A stretch of 64,000 nucleotides of DNA, from positions 227 to 64,226 of the forward strand of contig JBAYLA010000001.1 of the NCBI GenBank assembly GCA_041664285.1, read 5' to 3'. A program made the translations under genes and the position numbers. The notes below the pieces were generated by a model. The model was not told where the DNA came from, ran no database searches, and saw only the letters and a program-made list of their open reading frames with translations. Source of the DNA: Minisyncoccota bacterium (GTDB lineage Bacteria; Patescibacteriota; Minisyncoccia; Phycocordibacterales; UBA9973). This document shows positions 1 to 8,990 of the stretch, piece after piece; the stretch's first letter is position 1, and every line of letters begins with the position of its first letter.

Positions 1-140
1 CTCGAAAACATAGAGCTCGATTAAAAAATATTTGGCTCGCTTAAGAATTTTTTAATCTAAACAAAAAAGCGCGCTATGTATGTAGACTTCTTTACAAAAA
101 CCTTCTGCACGGGGATTCGATTTCCCCCATCTCCACAAGG

Positions 141-692
141 TTAAATTATCTTTCTAAGTTTTTTTATTATTTCTTTAGAATTTTTTTGATTATATTCTAA
201 AACACAATCAGCCTCCGTATTCTTCACTGGCTCATATGCTCTTTTTCTTATATCTTTATAAAACTTAACCCATTTTAATTTTTCATTTTTCAGATCCCTT
301 TTCGATAGTCTTTTTAGTAATTCTTTTTCCTCTATTTTTGTTTCTATAATTACTGTAATTATTTTAGGATTAATATTTTTAGCAAGAGATAAATGCTTCT
401 TTCTTATTTTTCTTATTATTCCTCCACCATCCACAACAATAGATTGCTTATTAGAGAGAAGTTCTTTTACAAGCTGTTCTCGAAAAGCATAAACAAGTTT
501 ATTAACAGAGTCTATCTTTTTATTTGGATAAGAATAATGGGTATCCGAATAGAATCTTATTTTAGATATAAGTAAATCTCTGACATCATCTAAGCTAATT
601 TTGTTAATTTTTAATTTTGATTCTATCTCTCTTGAAATAGTTGATTTACCAGAAGCATTTTGACCAATTACCAAAATAAATATATTTTTCAT
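141..692 (-). CDS. P-loop kinase, shikimate-kinase-like
   Basis: Walker A GQNASGKST. A VVDGGGI motif matches AroK 'ATGGG', and the LDD and IETKIEE regions align with E. coli AroK. A generic AAA-kinase is not excluded. Confidence 0.45.
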   Translation of the reverse strand: MKNIFILVIGQNASGKSTISREIESKLKINKISLDDVRDLLISKIRFYSDTHYSYPNKKIDSVNKLVYAFREQLVKELLSNKQSIVVDGGGIIRKIRKKHLSLAKNINPKIITVIIETKIEEKELLKRLSKRDLKNEKLKWVKFYKDIRKRAYEPVKNTEADCVLEYNQKNSKEIIKKLRKII

Positions 693-810
693 AAGATGAT
701 TATATCATTAAATTTTTTCAATAATTGAACCTTTTTTGTTTTTGGTATAAAAAATTATAAATATATTTTAACATAGAATGTGAATATAATTCATGTTATA
801 GTTTATCAAT

Positions 811-1326
811 ATGAAAAAACACTTTCTATTAATACTTGATGGAATGACTGGTTCAGGCAAAACAACGATAGCAAGATTATTGGCAAAAAAATTACCTAGA
901 ACTGCAGTTATAGGAATGGACAAAGTAAAAAGATATATTTCTGATTTTGAGAGGGGAGAAAGAGATAACACAATTGCTAGAGATGTAGTGTTTGAAATGA
1001 CTAAAACATATTTTGAACACAATATTTCTGTTATTGTTGAGCAGCCATTCAAAAACAATGAAGAAATAAAAAAATATGAACGTCTGGCTGTTAAATACAA
1101 ATTGAATTGTTATAAGTTTCAATTATTTTCCTCTCCTGAAATTGCTTATGCCAGAGTAGTAAACAGACAACAAGATTTAAAAGATAAATGTCCAAAAGAA
1201 AGAATCAAGAGAAATATTTCTTTGTTTAAAAAAAATAACAACATGGGATTTGTTGTTATTGATACTTCTAATCTAGGAGAGAAAAAAGTTTCTAACTTAA
1301 TATTTAAAGAAATAAAACAACAATAA
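811..1326 (+). CDS. small P-loop NTPase/kinase (AAA_33-like)
   Basis: ATG start. N-terminal Walker A LDGMTGSGKTT. 171 aa, no other recognisable motifs. Confidence 0.4.
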   Translation: MKKHFLLILDGMTGSGKTTIARLLAKKLPRTAVIGMDKVKRYISDFERGERDNTIARDVVFEMTKTYFEHNISVIVEQPFKNNEEIKKYERLAVKYKLNCYKFQLFSSPEIAYARVVNRQQDLKDKCPKERIKRNISLFKKNNNMGFVVIDTSNLGEKKVSNLIFKEIKQQ

Positions 1327-1331
1327 AATTA

Positions 1332-2150
1332 ATGGAAAATCAACCTACAGAATTTGCCAATAATATTATAAACATTGCAGATAATGCTGGTAGTATTCTA
1401 ATGAAATATTATCAACAAATTTTAGATATAAATTACAAAAAAGATGAATTTGATCCGGTGACTGCTGCTGATATAGAATCCGATAACTATATCCGGCAAA
1501 AACTACATGAATTATTTCCCAAAGATGTTATTTTGTCTGAAGAAAATAATAATATTCCTAGTGATTATTCTCATAGAGTTTGGATGGTTGACCCATTAAA
1601 TGGAACGAAATCTTTTGTTAAGGGGATAGATACCTTTGCTGTTATAATTGGTCTGGTAGAAAATGGTATTCCAATTTTTGGTTGTGTAATTATCCCTGCG
1701 CAAAAGAAAGTTTTCTATGCAGAAAAAAACAAAGGTGCTTTCGAGAAGACGGCTAAAGAATTTATAAAAATTCATGCTTCTTCTATAAATACAATAAAGG
1801 AATCTTGTTTAATCACCAGAGAATCAAGTAATGAAATTCGTCCAATTGAAGAAAAATTTAATCAACTTCCATTTTTAAAAAGAGTGGAGGGGATTAGTGG
1901 AGCTAAGGTATGTATGATAGCGAGAGGGGATGCAGAAGTTCACATCAACACAAACTCTCGGGCTTGTAAGTGGGATGTTGCCGCTCCTCAATTAATACTT
2001 GAGGAAGCTGGAGGAGTTGTGACTGATTTAGATGGAAATAAAATTGATTATAAAAAAGATACTGTAAATCTCGAAAGAAGTTACGTGGCTTCTGCTAATA
2101 AAGAATTACACGAGCAAGTTATTAAAGAGTTATATAAATTGAATTTATAA
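1332..2150 (+). CDS. inositol monophosphatase / CysQ-family phosphatase
   Basis: WMVDPLNGTKSF matches the IMPase WxDPIDGT metal-binding motif. 272 aa is typical for the family. Confidence 0.7.
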   Translation: MENQPTEFANNIINIADNAGSILMKYYQQILDINYKKDEFDPVTAADIESDNYIRQKLHELFPKDVILSEENNNIPSDYSHRVWMVDPLNGTKSFVKGIDTFAVIIGLVENGIPIFGCVIIPAQKKVFYAEKNKGAFEKTAKEFIKIHASSINTIKESCLITRESSNEIRPIEEKFNQLPFLKRVEGISGAKVCMIARGDAEVHINTNSRACKWDVAAPQLILEEAGGVVTDLDGNKIDYKKDTVNLERSYVASANKELHEQVIKELYKLNL

Positions 2151-2198
2151 TCTTAAATTCAATTTCACTTTTCATGTTTTTTGTGCTATTCTATCCGA

Positions 2199-4109
2199 AT
2201 GGATTTTAATTTTCTTAATCAAAAAACCCCACAGAATAAAGGTAAAAAGATTCCGAAGAAAGCACAATTCGGAGCCAATATTGCTGGTGCGATACTTTTC
2301 TTTATGCTCATCACGGCACTTTATTTAGTAGTATCTGGAGACGGAAAAGTAATTCCTAAAGTTTCAATTTCTGAATTGGCGAACAGTGTTATAGCCGGGG
2401 AGGTTAAAACTGTTTTAGTGGAAGGGGACAAGCTCACTATCACGTATCAAAATGATGAAGTGAAAGAATCTAAAAAAGAAGTTGGTGCGCCACTTTCCCA
2501 GACACTCTCTGATTATGGTGTTCCTGCGACCGCTCTAGCAAAAACAAATATTCAAATAAAAGATGAAAGTGGATTTATGTACTTACTTGTAAATCTATTA
2601 CCGTTTCTTTTGCCAATAGTTTTTATTTTAATTTTCTTTTGGTATTTATCTAGACAAGTAAAAGGGGCTGGCATGCAAGCATTTTCCTTCGGCCAATCCA
2701 AAGCACGTCTGACTGATCCGAATGACAAGAACAATAGAGTGACTTTTAAAGATGTGGCTGGTTGTAAAGAAGCAAAAGACGAATTAAAAGAAATTGTTGA
2801 TTTCTTAAAAAGTCCTAAAAAGTTTTTAGACATAGGAGCTAGGATTCCAAAAGGAGTCATTTTGACGGGTGCTCCGGGTACCGGCAAGACCTTGCTTGCC
2901 CGAGCAGTCGCTGGAGAAGCTTCTGTTCCATTTTTTCATCTTTCTGGAAGCGAATTCGTGGAAATGTTCGTTGGGGTGGGAGCTTCTCGTGTACGAGACC
3001 TTTTCAAAATGGCGAAGAAAGCTGCTCCAGCTATAATCTTTGTAGATGAAATAGATGCTATCGGGCGTACTCGCGGAGGAGGTTTCGGTGGGGGGAATGA
3101 TGAACGTGAACAAACTTTAAACCAGATTTTAGTCGAGATGGATGGCTTTGAGCCGAATGATAAAGTTATTGTTATGGCAGCGACCAACAGACCAGACGTG
3201 CTTGACCCAGCGCTCATCCGTCCAGGACGCTTTGATCGAAAAGTAATTCTTGATTTACCAGATCGGGCGGATCGCGAAGAAATACTTAAAATTCATGCTG
3301 TGAAGAAACCTCTGGCAGAAGATATCAATTTGAAATTAGTAGCTGAACGTACTCCTGGTTTTTCCGGAGCGGATTTGTATTCGTTAATGAACGAAGGGGC
3401 AATCTTAGCAGCTCGAGAAAATCGTAAAAAAGTTTTTCAATTTGACTTGATTCGGGCAATCGAAAAAGTAATGCTTGGTCCCGAGAGAAAAAGTCACTTG
3501 CTTTCCAAAAAAGAAAAAGAAATTACTGCATATCATGAAGCAGGGCATGCGATCGTGGCTTCCGTGCTTCCTTATGCAGACCCAGTACATAAAGTTTCTA
3601 TTATTGCGCGTGGAAATGCTGGAGGATATACTTTGAAATTACCTTTAGAAGAGCGTCGTCTTCAATCTAAAAAAGAATTTATTGATGATATTGCTATGTC
3701 GCTCGGTGGCTATGTGGCAGAGCAGACAATTTTCGGAGACATTACGACTGGACCATCAAGTGATTTGCAAGTAGCGACGAATCTAGCCCGTGCTATGGTG
3801 ACGAGATGGGGGATGTCAGACGTTATTGGGCCGATAGCCTTAGTGGATTCTCCTGGGAGGCTTCAGTATGGCGAAATGCCTGAAAAAGAATTTTCTGAAA
3901 CTGTTTCTACGAAAGTAGACGCAGAAGTTTCGAGAATTATTAATGACGGACTAAAAACTGCGCAAAAAGTATTAGAGGAAAACAAAAAAGCTTTCACGGC
4001 TATTGCTCTGAAGTTAATTGAAGTAGAAACTTTAGAACAAGAAGAATATGAAAAAATATTGACAGCCCATGGGATTATGTTAAAAAAGAAAGAAGATATA
4101 AAAACTTAG
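2199..4109 (+). CDS. ftsH: ATP-dependent zinc metalloprotease FtsH
   Basis: N-terminal TM helices. AAA Walker [12 protein letters not shown] region. HEAGHAIV zinc site. First ATG of the frame is at 2199; the ORF track begins at a TTG at 2181. Confidence 0.9.
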   Translation: MDFNFLNQKTPQNKGKKIPKKAQFGANIAGAILFFMLITALYLVVSGDGKVIPKVSISELANSVIAGEVKTVLVEGDKLTITYQNDEVKESKKEVGAPLSQTLSDYGVPATALAKTNIQIKDESGFMYLLVNLLPFLLPIVFILIFFWYLSRQVKGAGMQAFSFGQSKARLTDPNDKNNRVTFKDVAGCKEAKDELKEIVDFLKSPKKFLDIGARIPKGVILTGAPGTGKTLLARAVAGEASVPFFHLSGSEFVEMFVGVGASRVRDLFKMAKKAAPAIIFVDEIDAIGRTRGGGFGGGNDEREQTLNQILVEMDGFEPNDKVIVMAATNRPDVLDPALIRPGRFDRKVILDLPDRADREEILKIHAVKKPLAEDINLKLVAERTPGFSGADLYSLMNEGAILAARENRKKVFQFDLIRAIEKVMLGPERKSHLLSKKEKEITAYHEAGHAIVASVLPYADPVHKVSIIARGNAGGYTLKLPLEERRLQSKKEFIDDIAMSLGGYVAEQTIFGDITTGPSSDLQVATNLARAMVTRWGMSDVIGPIALVDSPGRLQYGEMPEKEFSETVSTKVDAEVSRIINDGLKTAQKVLEENKKAFTAIALKLIEVETLEQEEYEKILTAHGIMLKKKEDIKT

Positions 4110-4118
4110 CAATAATAT

Positions 4119-4192
4119 CCGCCTGTAGCTCAGCTGGTTAGAGCATCGAGCTTATACCTCGAGGGTCCTACGTTCGAATCGTAGCAGGCGGA
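4119..4192 (+). tRNA. tRNA-Ile (anticodon TAT/UAU)
   Basis: Cloverleaf folds by hand. Acceptor CCGCCTG/CAGGCGG. D-arm TAGCTCAGCTGGTTAGAGC. Anticodon stem TCGAG/CTCGA with loop CTTATAC. T-arm CTACG-TTCGAAT-CGTAG. Discriminator A. Confidence 0.7.
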
Positions 4193-4209
4193 CAAGTTAA
4201 GAAATCTAT

Positions 4210-4545
4210 ATGGTAAATATCTCAATCAACGTTCAGGAACCATACTATTCATTTATTTTACAAGGTAAAAAAACAATTGAGGGTCGTCTCAATAAAGGTA
4301 AATTTGCCACTATTCAAGTTGGTGATATTTTAGAATTGGAACTGGAAAAGATTAAATTTATAGTTGTTGGGAAAAATATCTATAAAAATTTTAGAGAAAT
4401 GATAGAAAAAGAGGGAATAGTAAATGTTATTCCTGAGAAAAATAGTATAGATGAAGCGGTGGATGTTTATTATATATTTTATACAAAAGAACAAGAAAAT
4501 GAATTTGGTGTTGTGGCTATTAAAATAAAAAAGGGGATGGTTTAA
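4210..4545 (+). CDS. ASCH-domain-like small protein
   Basis: 111 aa. The N-terminus (ISINVQEPYYSFILQGKKTIEGR) resembles the ASCH/PUA-like beta-barrel signature. Weak call. Confidence 0.4.
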   Translation: MVNISINVQEPYYSFILQGKKTIEGRLNKGKFATIQVGDILELELEKIKFIVVGKNIYKNFREMIEKEGIVNVIPEKNSIDEAVDVYYIFYTKEQENEFGVVAIKIKKGMV

Positions 4546-4641
4546 TGGTAGCTCAAATAATTAAAGGATACTGAAGATTAGTGAGGACAGTTCTAGTTAG
4601 TATTTAGCTAGTGTTTGGAACCCATAGTAAAAGATGCTTAA

Positions 4642-5862
4642 TTAATGCAAGTGTGTATTTGGTAATACGTAATGTATTTTAGTTAATTTTTTTGCTAGAT
4701 TCTTTACCTTATTTTTTAAACTACTTTCTATTTTTGTCTTAGATACACAAGATATAATGATTTGAGATAGTAATATCAAATCACTTTCCTTAAGTCCTAA
4801 TCTACATTGTTCCTGTATACCAAACCTTAAACCTATTCTACTAGTAGATGGAATTTTCATTGGAGTTGTAATAATTCCAATTGAAGCTAATTTCTGTACG
4901 GTTTCTGTAACATTAGGAACATCAACACAAATTTGGTGTGTATTTGTTAAGTGAGGAAGTGGGCCAACAAGATTTAATTTACAACTCAACAGTTTGGCAA
5001 GATATCGTGTTTTATCTAAAATATCCTTCGCATATTCGGCGCCAAATTTTTCCATTTCAAGTACTGTAATTAATAGTGCTAATAAACTTCCAGTATGTAT
5101 GCTCGAGATGGTCTTATCAAACTTAGTATTTATAAGGTTAAATAAATTTTTATTGTTTAATAAAATAATTGCTTTTTGTGGCCCCGGAAAAGTTTTGTGT
5201 GTAGTCCCACCAAAGAAAAAGTTTTTATATTTGGGAAAATTATAAATATGTGAAAAATAAAATAGTTGAAGATGAGATATGTCATAATAGATAATCCAGT
5301 TTTTCGGTATTTTTTTTATAAGTTTATTTATATTCAACGGATTTAATGTAATGGTGTGATCAATATAAATTAGAATTTTTTCGTCCTTCCATTTATCGGT
5401 AATAATTTTTAATTTTTTATAATCAATATCCCAGTTTTTAAACTCAAGATTGATATTGTCTATCTCGAAACCATGCTTTTTTGCAATTCCTTCCGTTTTA
5501 CTGTGTCCACCATTCAAATTATCCATAATAATGATTTTATCAGTTACTTGGATTAGGGCAGACATTATCATATCCATTTGGTGAATTCCAGAAAGTCCTT
5601 TTGTTATGGCGTATTTTGTTTTATATATTGAGGAAAGTTTTTTATCTAGAATCTTTATGATATTTTCTAAATTTTCCCGTCCTGGCATAAAATATTTATT
5701 ACCAATCTTTAATGGTAAAATATAACGATTACCCATTTTACTTGAGTACATACTTGTAGCTAGATTGCTCATTACGTTTTCTGAGGGTATTAACGATATT
5801 GTAGTTTTTTCTTTTTGAAATTCACTAGAAATCATATCTAGTATTTTGTTATTTTTTTTCAT
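4642..5862 (-). CDS. divergent serine hydroxymethyltransferase-like fold-type-I PLP enzyme
   Basis: ISLIPSENVMS resembles GlyA LELIASENFTS. GGTTHKTFPGPQ resembles the GlyA PLP-lysine motif TTTTHKTLRGPR. Far more divergent than a typical glyA. Confidence 0.55.
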   Translation of the reverse strand: MKKNNKILDMISSEFQKEKTTISLIPSENVMSNLATSMYSSKMGNRYILPLKIGNKYFMPGRENLENIIKILDKKLSSIYKTKYAITKGLSGIHQMDMIMSALIQVTDKIIIMDNLNGGHSKTEGIAKKHGFEIDNINLEFKNWDIDYKKLKIITDKWKDEKILIYIDHTITLNPLNINKLIKKIPKNWIIYYDISHLQLFYFSHIYNFPKYKNFFFGGTTHKTFPGPQKAIILLNNKNLFNLINTKFDKTISSIHTGSLLALLITVLEMEKFGAEYAKDILDKTRYLAKLLSCKLNLVGPLPHLTNTHQICVDVPNVTETVQKLASIGIITTPMKIPSTSRIGLRFGIQEQCRLGLKESDLILLSQIIISCVSKTKIESSLKNKVKNLAKKLTKIHYVLPNTHLH

Positions 5863-5921
5863 ATGTTGTGGATATTTTGTTTATAATACTATGTTTTGTG
5901 CTATTCGTCAATAGGTGAGTT

Positions 5922-6830
5922 GTGGGGTTTTATAATACAAAGTATACTTGTTTAATGAAAACGATATCTGGCAATAATGATAAATATAATAAATATATTC
6001 CTTTGGATAAATCGTGGATTACACGTATGGGGGTCTTGGATATAATTCATGGATATAATGATATTGAGATTTTTTTAAACAAAAAAACAGATCTCAATGA
6101 TGATTTATTGGCATTAAAAAATGCCGGTGAAGCATGGAGAAATAATGTCCTGATTAATGTTGGAGAATCAGCAACCTTATATCGATTATTGCAATTTGCT
6201 TCCTGGAAATTAAATTTGAATAAAATATTTATAAAAGAAGGAACACTTAAAGATAGGAAAATAATAAATAATCCAAGTATTGTTAATCTCAACTTAAAAG
6301 AACTTTTAAAATTAGATAACCAAACCACTCAATGGGCCACAGCTTCAGTTATTATGGGCAATAAACAACGTATTCAAAATCCTCCTAATAAATTACAACA
6401 AACATACGATGCAGTAGATCATTGGAATAAACAAAGGCAAGCTGGGTTGGTCTGGGAACCACAATATGATGAGACAATACAAAAACAAGTTGAAACCTTT
6501 TTAGATTTTAAAAATGGTTTAAACGTAATATATATTCCTGTGTGTTCCGATGATTATTGTTTCGCTAGGGTTTTTGGGTGTATAACTAAAGAAGAAGGAA
6601 AGAAAAACTGGCCAAGTCTTGAGGGGCATGAAACTAATCGTATAAAAGAAATGGAAAAAGTAATTGAAGAAACTACCGCAGGAAATTTAATTAATTCAAA
6701 AGATCACAGAGTAATACAAGCTATGGCTATGTGGGGAGTAGTAAATAATAGAAAGTTAAATTTTAAATATAAAGAAGCAGTAAATAAATCTTGGCCAAAA
6801 TTTTGGGATTTTTTAGATTCATTAAAATAA
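5922..6830 (+). CDS. hypothetical protein with EPSP-synthase/MurA-like motifs (shortened)
   Basis: IPLDKSWITRMGVL resembles LPGSKSxSNRALLL. VGESATLYRLL resembles GNAGTAMRPL. TTQWATASVIM resembles SSQFLTALLM. ETNRIKEM resembles ETDRLxAM. Only 302 aa against ~430 for AroA. GTG start, with an alternative ATG at 5955. Confidence 0.3.
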   Translation: MGFYNTKYTCLMKTISGNNDKYNKYIPLDKSWITRMGVLDIIHGYNDIEIFLNKKTDLNDDLLALKNAGEAWRNNVLINVGESATLYRLLQFASWKLNLNKIFIKEGTLKDRKIINNPSIVNLNLKELLKLDNQTTQWATASVIMGNKQRIQNPPNKLQQTYDAVDHWNKQRQAGLVWEPQYDETIQKQVETFLDFKNGLNVIYIPVCSDDYCFARVFGCITKEEGKKNWPSLEGHETNRIKEMEKVIEETTAGNLINSKDHRVIQAMAMWGVVNNRKLNFKYKEAVNKSWPKFWDFLDSLK

Positions 6831-6840
6831 TGAATTTTGG

Positions 6841-7410
6841 TTAATTTGTTTCAAAAATTTTTTCTATACTTTCTGGTCCAACATAAAGTACTGTTCTTAA
6901 ATTTGGATATTTTTTAAAATCAAGATCGGCAAATCTTTTTTCCTTATCATCAATAAAAATAATTTCATCATCTTTAAATTGTTCGCATATCATTTCCACT
7001 GGACCCTTTTTGGTGTCTAAAACAGTAAAAATTTGAGTAAAAAGTGGCCCAAGGCCAGTTCTGCTTACTTTTTCAAGCTGATATTCGTTCACACCATGTG
7101 TAACCATATAACAGTTTTCCACCTTTAATCGCTTTATTCGATCAATAAGTTCATCATTAATAAAATTTTTACATTCTCCCATTATTTTCTCGCTCAGTTC
7201 CTCTTTACTTATTGAAGTTAAATTTTCACCTTTCAAGACTGAAGCAACTAAATTATGAAGAACCCAACCTTTCTCTTTTTCAATTTTGTAGTATTTTTTT
7301 ACTGTATCATACTGAACTCCAATCTCCTCGAAACACTTATACATGTGTTTTTTAAATTTCTCTGTATTAAAAAATAATACATCATCAAAATCAAAAATAT
7401 ATTTTGTCAT
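6841..7410 (-). CDS. HAD-superfamily hydrolase
   Basis: N-terminal motif I FDFDDVLF (DxDxV/T). 189 aa. Confidence 0.6.
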   Translation of the reverse strand: MTKYIFDFDDVLFFNTEKFKKHMYKCFEEIGVQYDTVKKYYKIEKEKGWVLHNLVASVLKGENLTSISKEELSEKIMGECKNFINDELIDRIKRLKVENCYMVTHGVNEYQLEKVSRTGLGPLFTQIFTVLDTKKGPVEMICEQFKDDEIIFIDDKEKRFADLDFKKYPNLRTVLYVGPESIEKIFETN

Positions 7411-7466
7411 ACGATTATATTAGCATAAATTTAGTATTATCTACAAACTGATAGTAATTTGAAAAA

Positions 7467-8708
7467 TTAAGATTTAACAGCCTTGTCAAAATCTATAAGA
7501 TAGATTCTTGGAATTCTATCAAGATCAACACTGCCATTTTTGTTACGGTAAAAACGCAAACAAAAGTTTGCATTATTCGCATGACCATGAGTAATTTCTA
7601 ATTCTTTTAATGTATTTATTATTTTATCTTTTTGTACATCTAAATATTCTTTAAAAGTGTCTCCAGAAAATGAATACCATTCATCAAGATTTAGATCTAG
7701 TACACCTGATGCGACATTAACCAATTGCGTATATTCACTATATTTAAAAGAATGTATCGGCTCTATGGGTATGTAATCGAAACCCGCCTTATTCCAATTA
7801 GCATAACTTTCGTATGCTTTTTGCCAAGCCAAAAAACAAGGTTCCTCAAAATGTCTAATGATTAGATTTTTTTTAAATTGATCACCTAGTAATAGTGTTA
7901 TCTCAGACCCGGTTTTTGATAATTTTTCGTGAGAAAAAGTTGACGGATTGCTGTTTTCACTTTTTGTGTATAAAGGTGGCTCAACAATTTGATTAAACTT
8001 TCTTTGTTGTTTAGCTGATTCATACTTTATTTTGACAATGCTTTTTAATTCCCCCTGTTTATTTATCGGTGCATATTGAACCATAGTCGCGGCTAATCTC
8101 TGTATTCTAACGTCTTCTTGATTTAGTGCTTCAAGTATTTTTTGGTATACAATTTCACGCAAATTGTCTTGTGACTCGATGGGGGCACTATCAATTTTTT
8201 TAGCCATTATCTTTTGTTTGCCAACATCATTAGAATTAAATGCATCAAGAATTCTTTTTAGTACAAGATATTTTATTCCATCTCTAGTATCTTCAGGTGT
8301 AAACTGAATCATGTTTACTGCTATTCTTTGTATTTCTATATTTGGATTATTTAAAGCTTCAATTATTTTTTTACATGTCATTTCTTTTAAACTTCTTTGC
8401 TGATCTTCAGGTGCATTATTTATTATTGAAGCAGCCATCCTTTGTATTTCAATATCATTGTTTTGCAATGCATCCATTATGTAAATGGTTATATTTTCCG
8501 CATCTTGGCTTAGAATATAGTTTTTTGTTTTTAAAACTGAGGGCTGACTGTCGTTGCTTTGTTCATGGACAACGGCCCTTGAGCCCAAAAGACTTTTACT
8601 TTGTAGGTATTTTTTGTAATCAATGTCTTCATATCCGTCTATTTTATACATGTTAAGTATTTCTTGTGAGATAGGTTTAATTTTTTCTGGATTAAAATTT
8701 TGCATCAT
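7467..8708 (-). CDS. HEAT/PBS-lyase-like repeat protein with C-terminal atypical kinase-like domain
   Basis: About four tandem ~38-aa repeats of the form (I/L)xEALNxxxIEIQR(I/L)Ax. The C-terminus has ITHGHANNANF (HGD-like catalytic loop with Asp replaced by His) and LIDFDKA (DFG-like). ATG start (MMQNF) at 8708; the ORF track begins at a TTG at 8735. Confidence 0.5.
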   Translation of the reverse strand: MMQNFNPEKIKPISQEILNMYKIDGYEDIDYKKYLQSKSLLGSRAVVHEQSNDSQPSVLKTKNYILSQDAENITIYIMDALQNNDIEIQRMAASIINNAPEDQQRSLKEMTCKKIIEALNNPNIEIQRIAVNMIQFTPEDTRDGIKYLVLKRILDAFNSNDVGKQKIMAKKIDSAPIESQDNLREIVYQKILEALNQEDVRIQRLAATMVQYAPINKQGELKSIVKIKYESAKQQRKFNQIVEPPLYTKSENSNPSTFSHEKLSKTGSEITLLLGDQFKKNLIIRHFEEPCFLAWQKAYESYANWNKAGFDYIPIEPIHSFKYSEYTQLVNVASGVLDLNLDEWYSFSGDTFKEYLDVQKDKIINTLKELEITHGHANNANFCLRFYRNKNGSVDLDRIPRIYLIDFDKAVKS

Positions 8709-8809
8709 ATATAAATTACTTAGTGAGTATAACAAAAATTTACCATTTTGAGGTAATTTGTAAAGGTTTTTTCATTTGAGTAAATACAATTTGGGAGTAT
8801 AATCATTTT

Positions 8810-8908
8810 ATGCAATGGTTTTTTATAGCTTTAGTAGCGCCATTTTTGTGGGCCTTGGTAAATATTGCTGATAATTATTTAGTTAAAAAATTATCAGGTA
8901 TGAGTTGA
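8810..8908 (+). pseudogene. 32-aa ORF resembling the N-terminus of an EamA/DMT transporter (probable gene remnant)
   Basis: MQWFFIALVAPFLWALVNIADNYLVKKLSGMS then stop. A TATAAT at 8796-8801 sits 8 nt before the ATG. Confidence 0.3.
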
Positions 8909-8935
8909 CATTAACAGCTCTTGAGATTTTATAGT
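8905..8935 (+). promoter_or_regulatory. sigma70-like promoter for the E1-like operon
   Basis: TTGACA at 8905-8910, a 19-nt spacer, TATAGT at 8930-8935. Confidence 0.4.
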
Positions 8936-8990
8936 ATACTTGTTATGTACTTCAAAAGTCTTAATTTTTAGGTTTAATAGAACCTTAAAT

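Noticed and set aside
2552-3590. Several 60-111-aa minus-strand ORFs inside ftsH
   Set aside because: They are fully nested antisense within a highly conserved AAA protease gene. Spurious.
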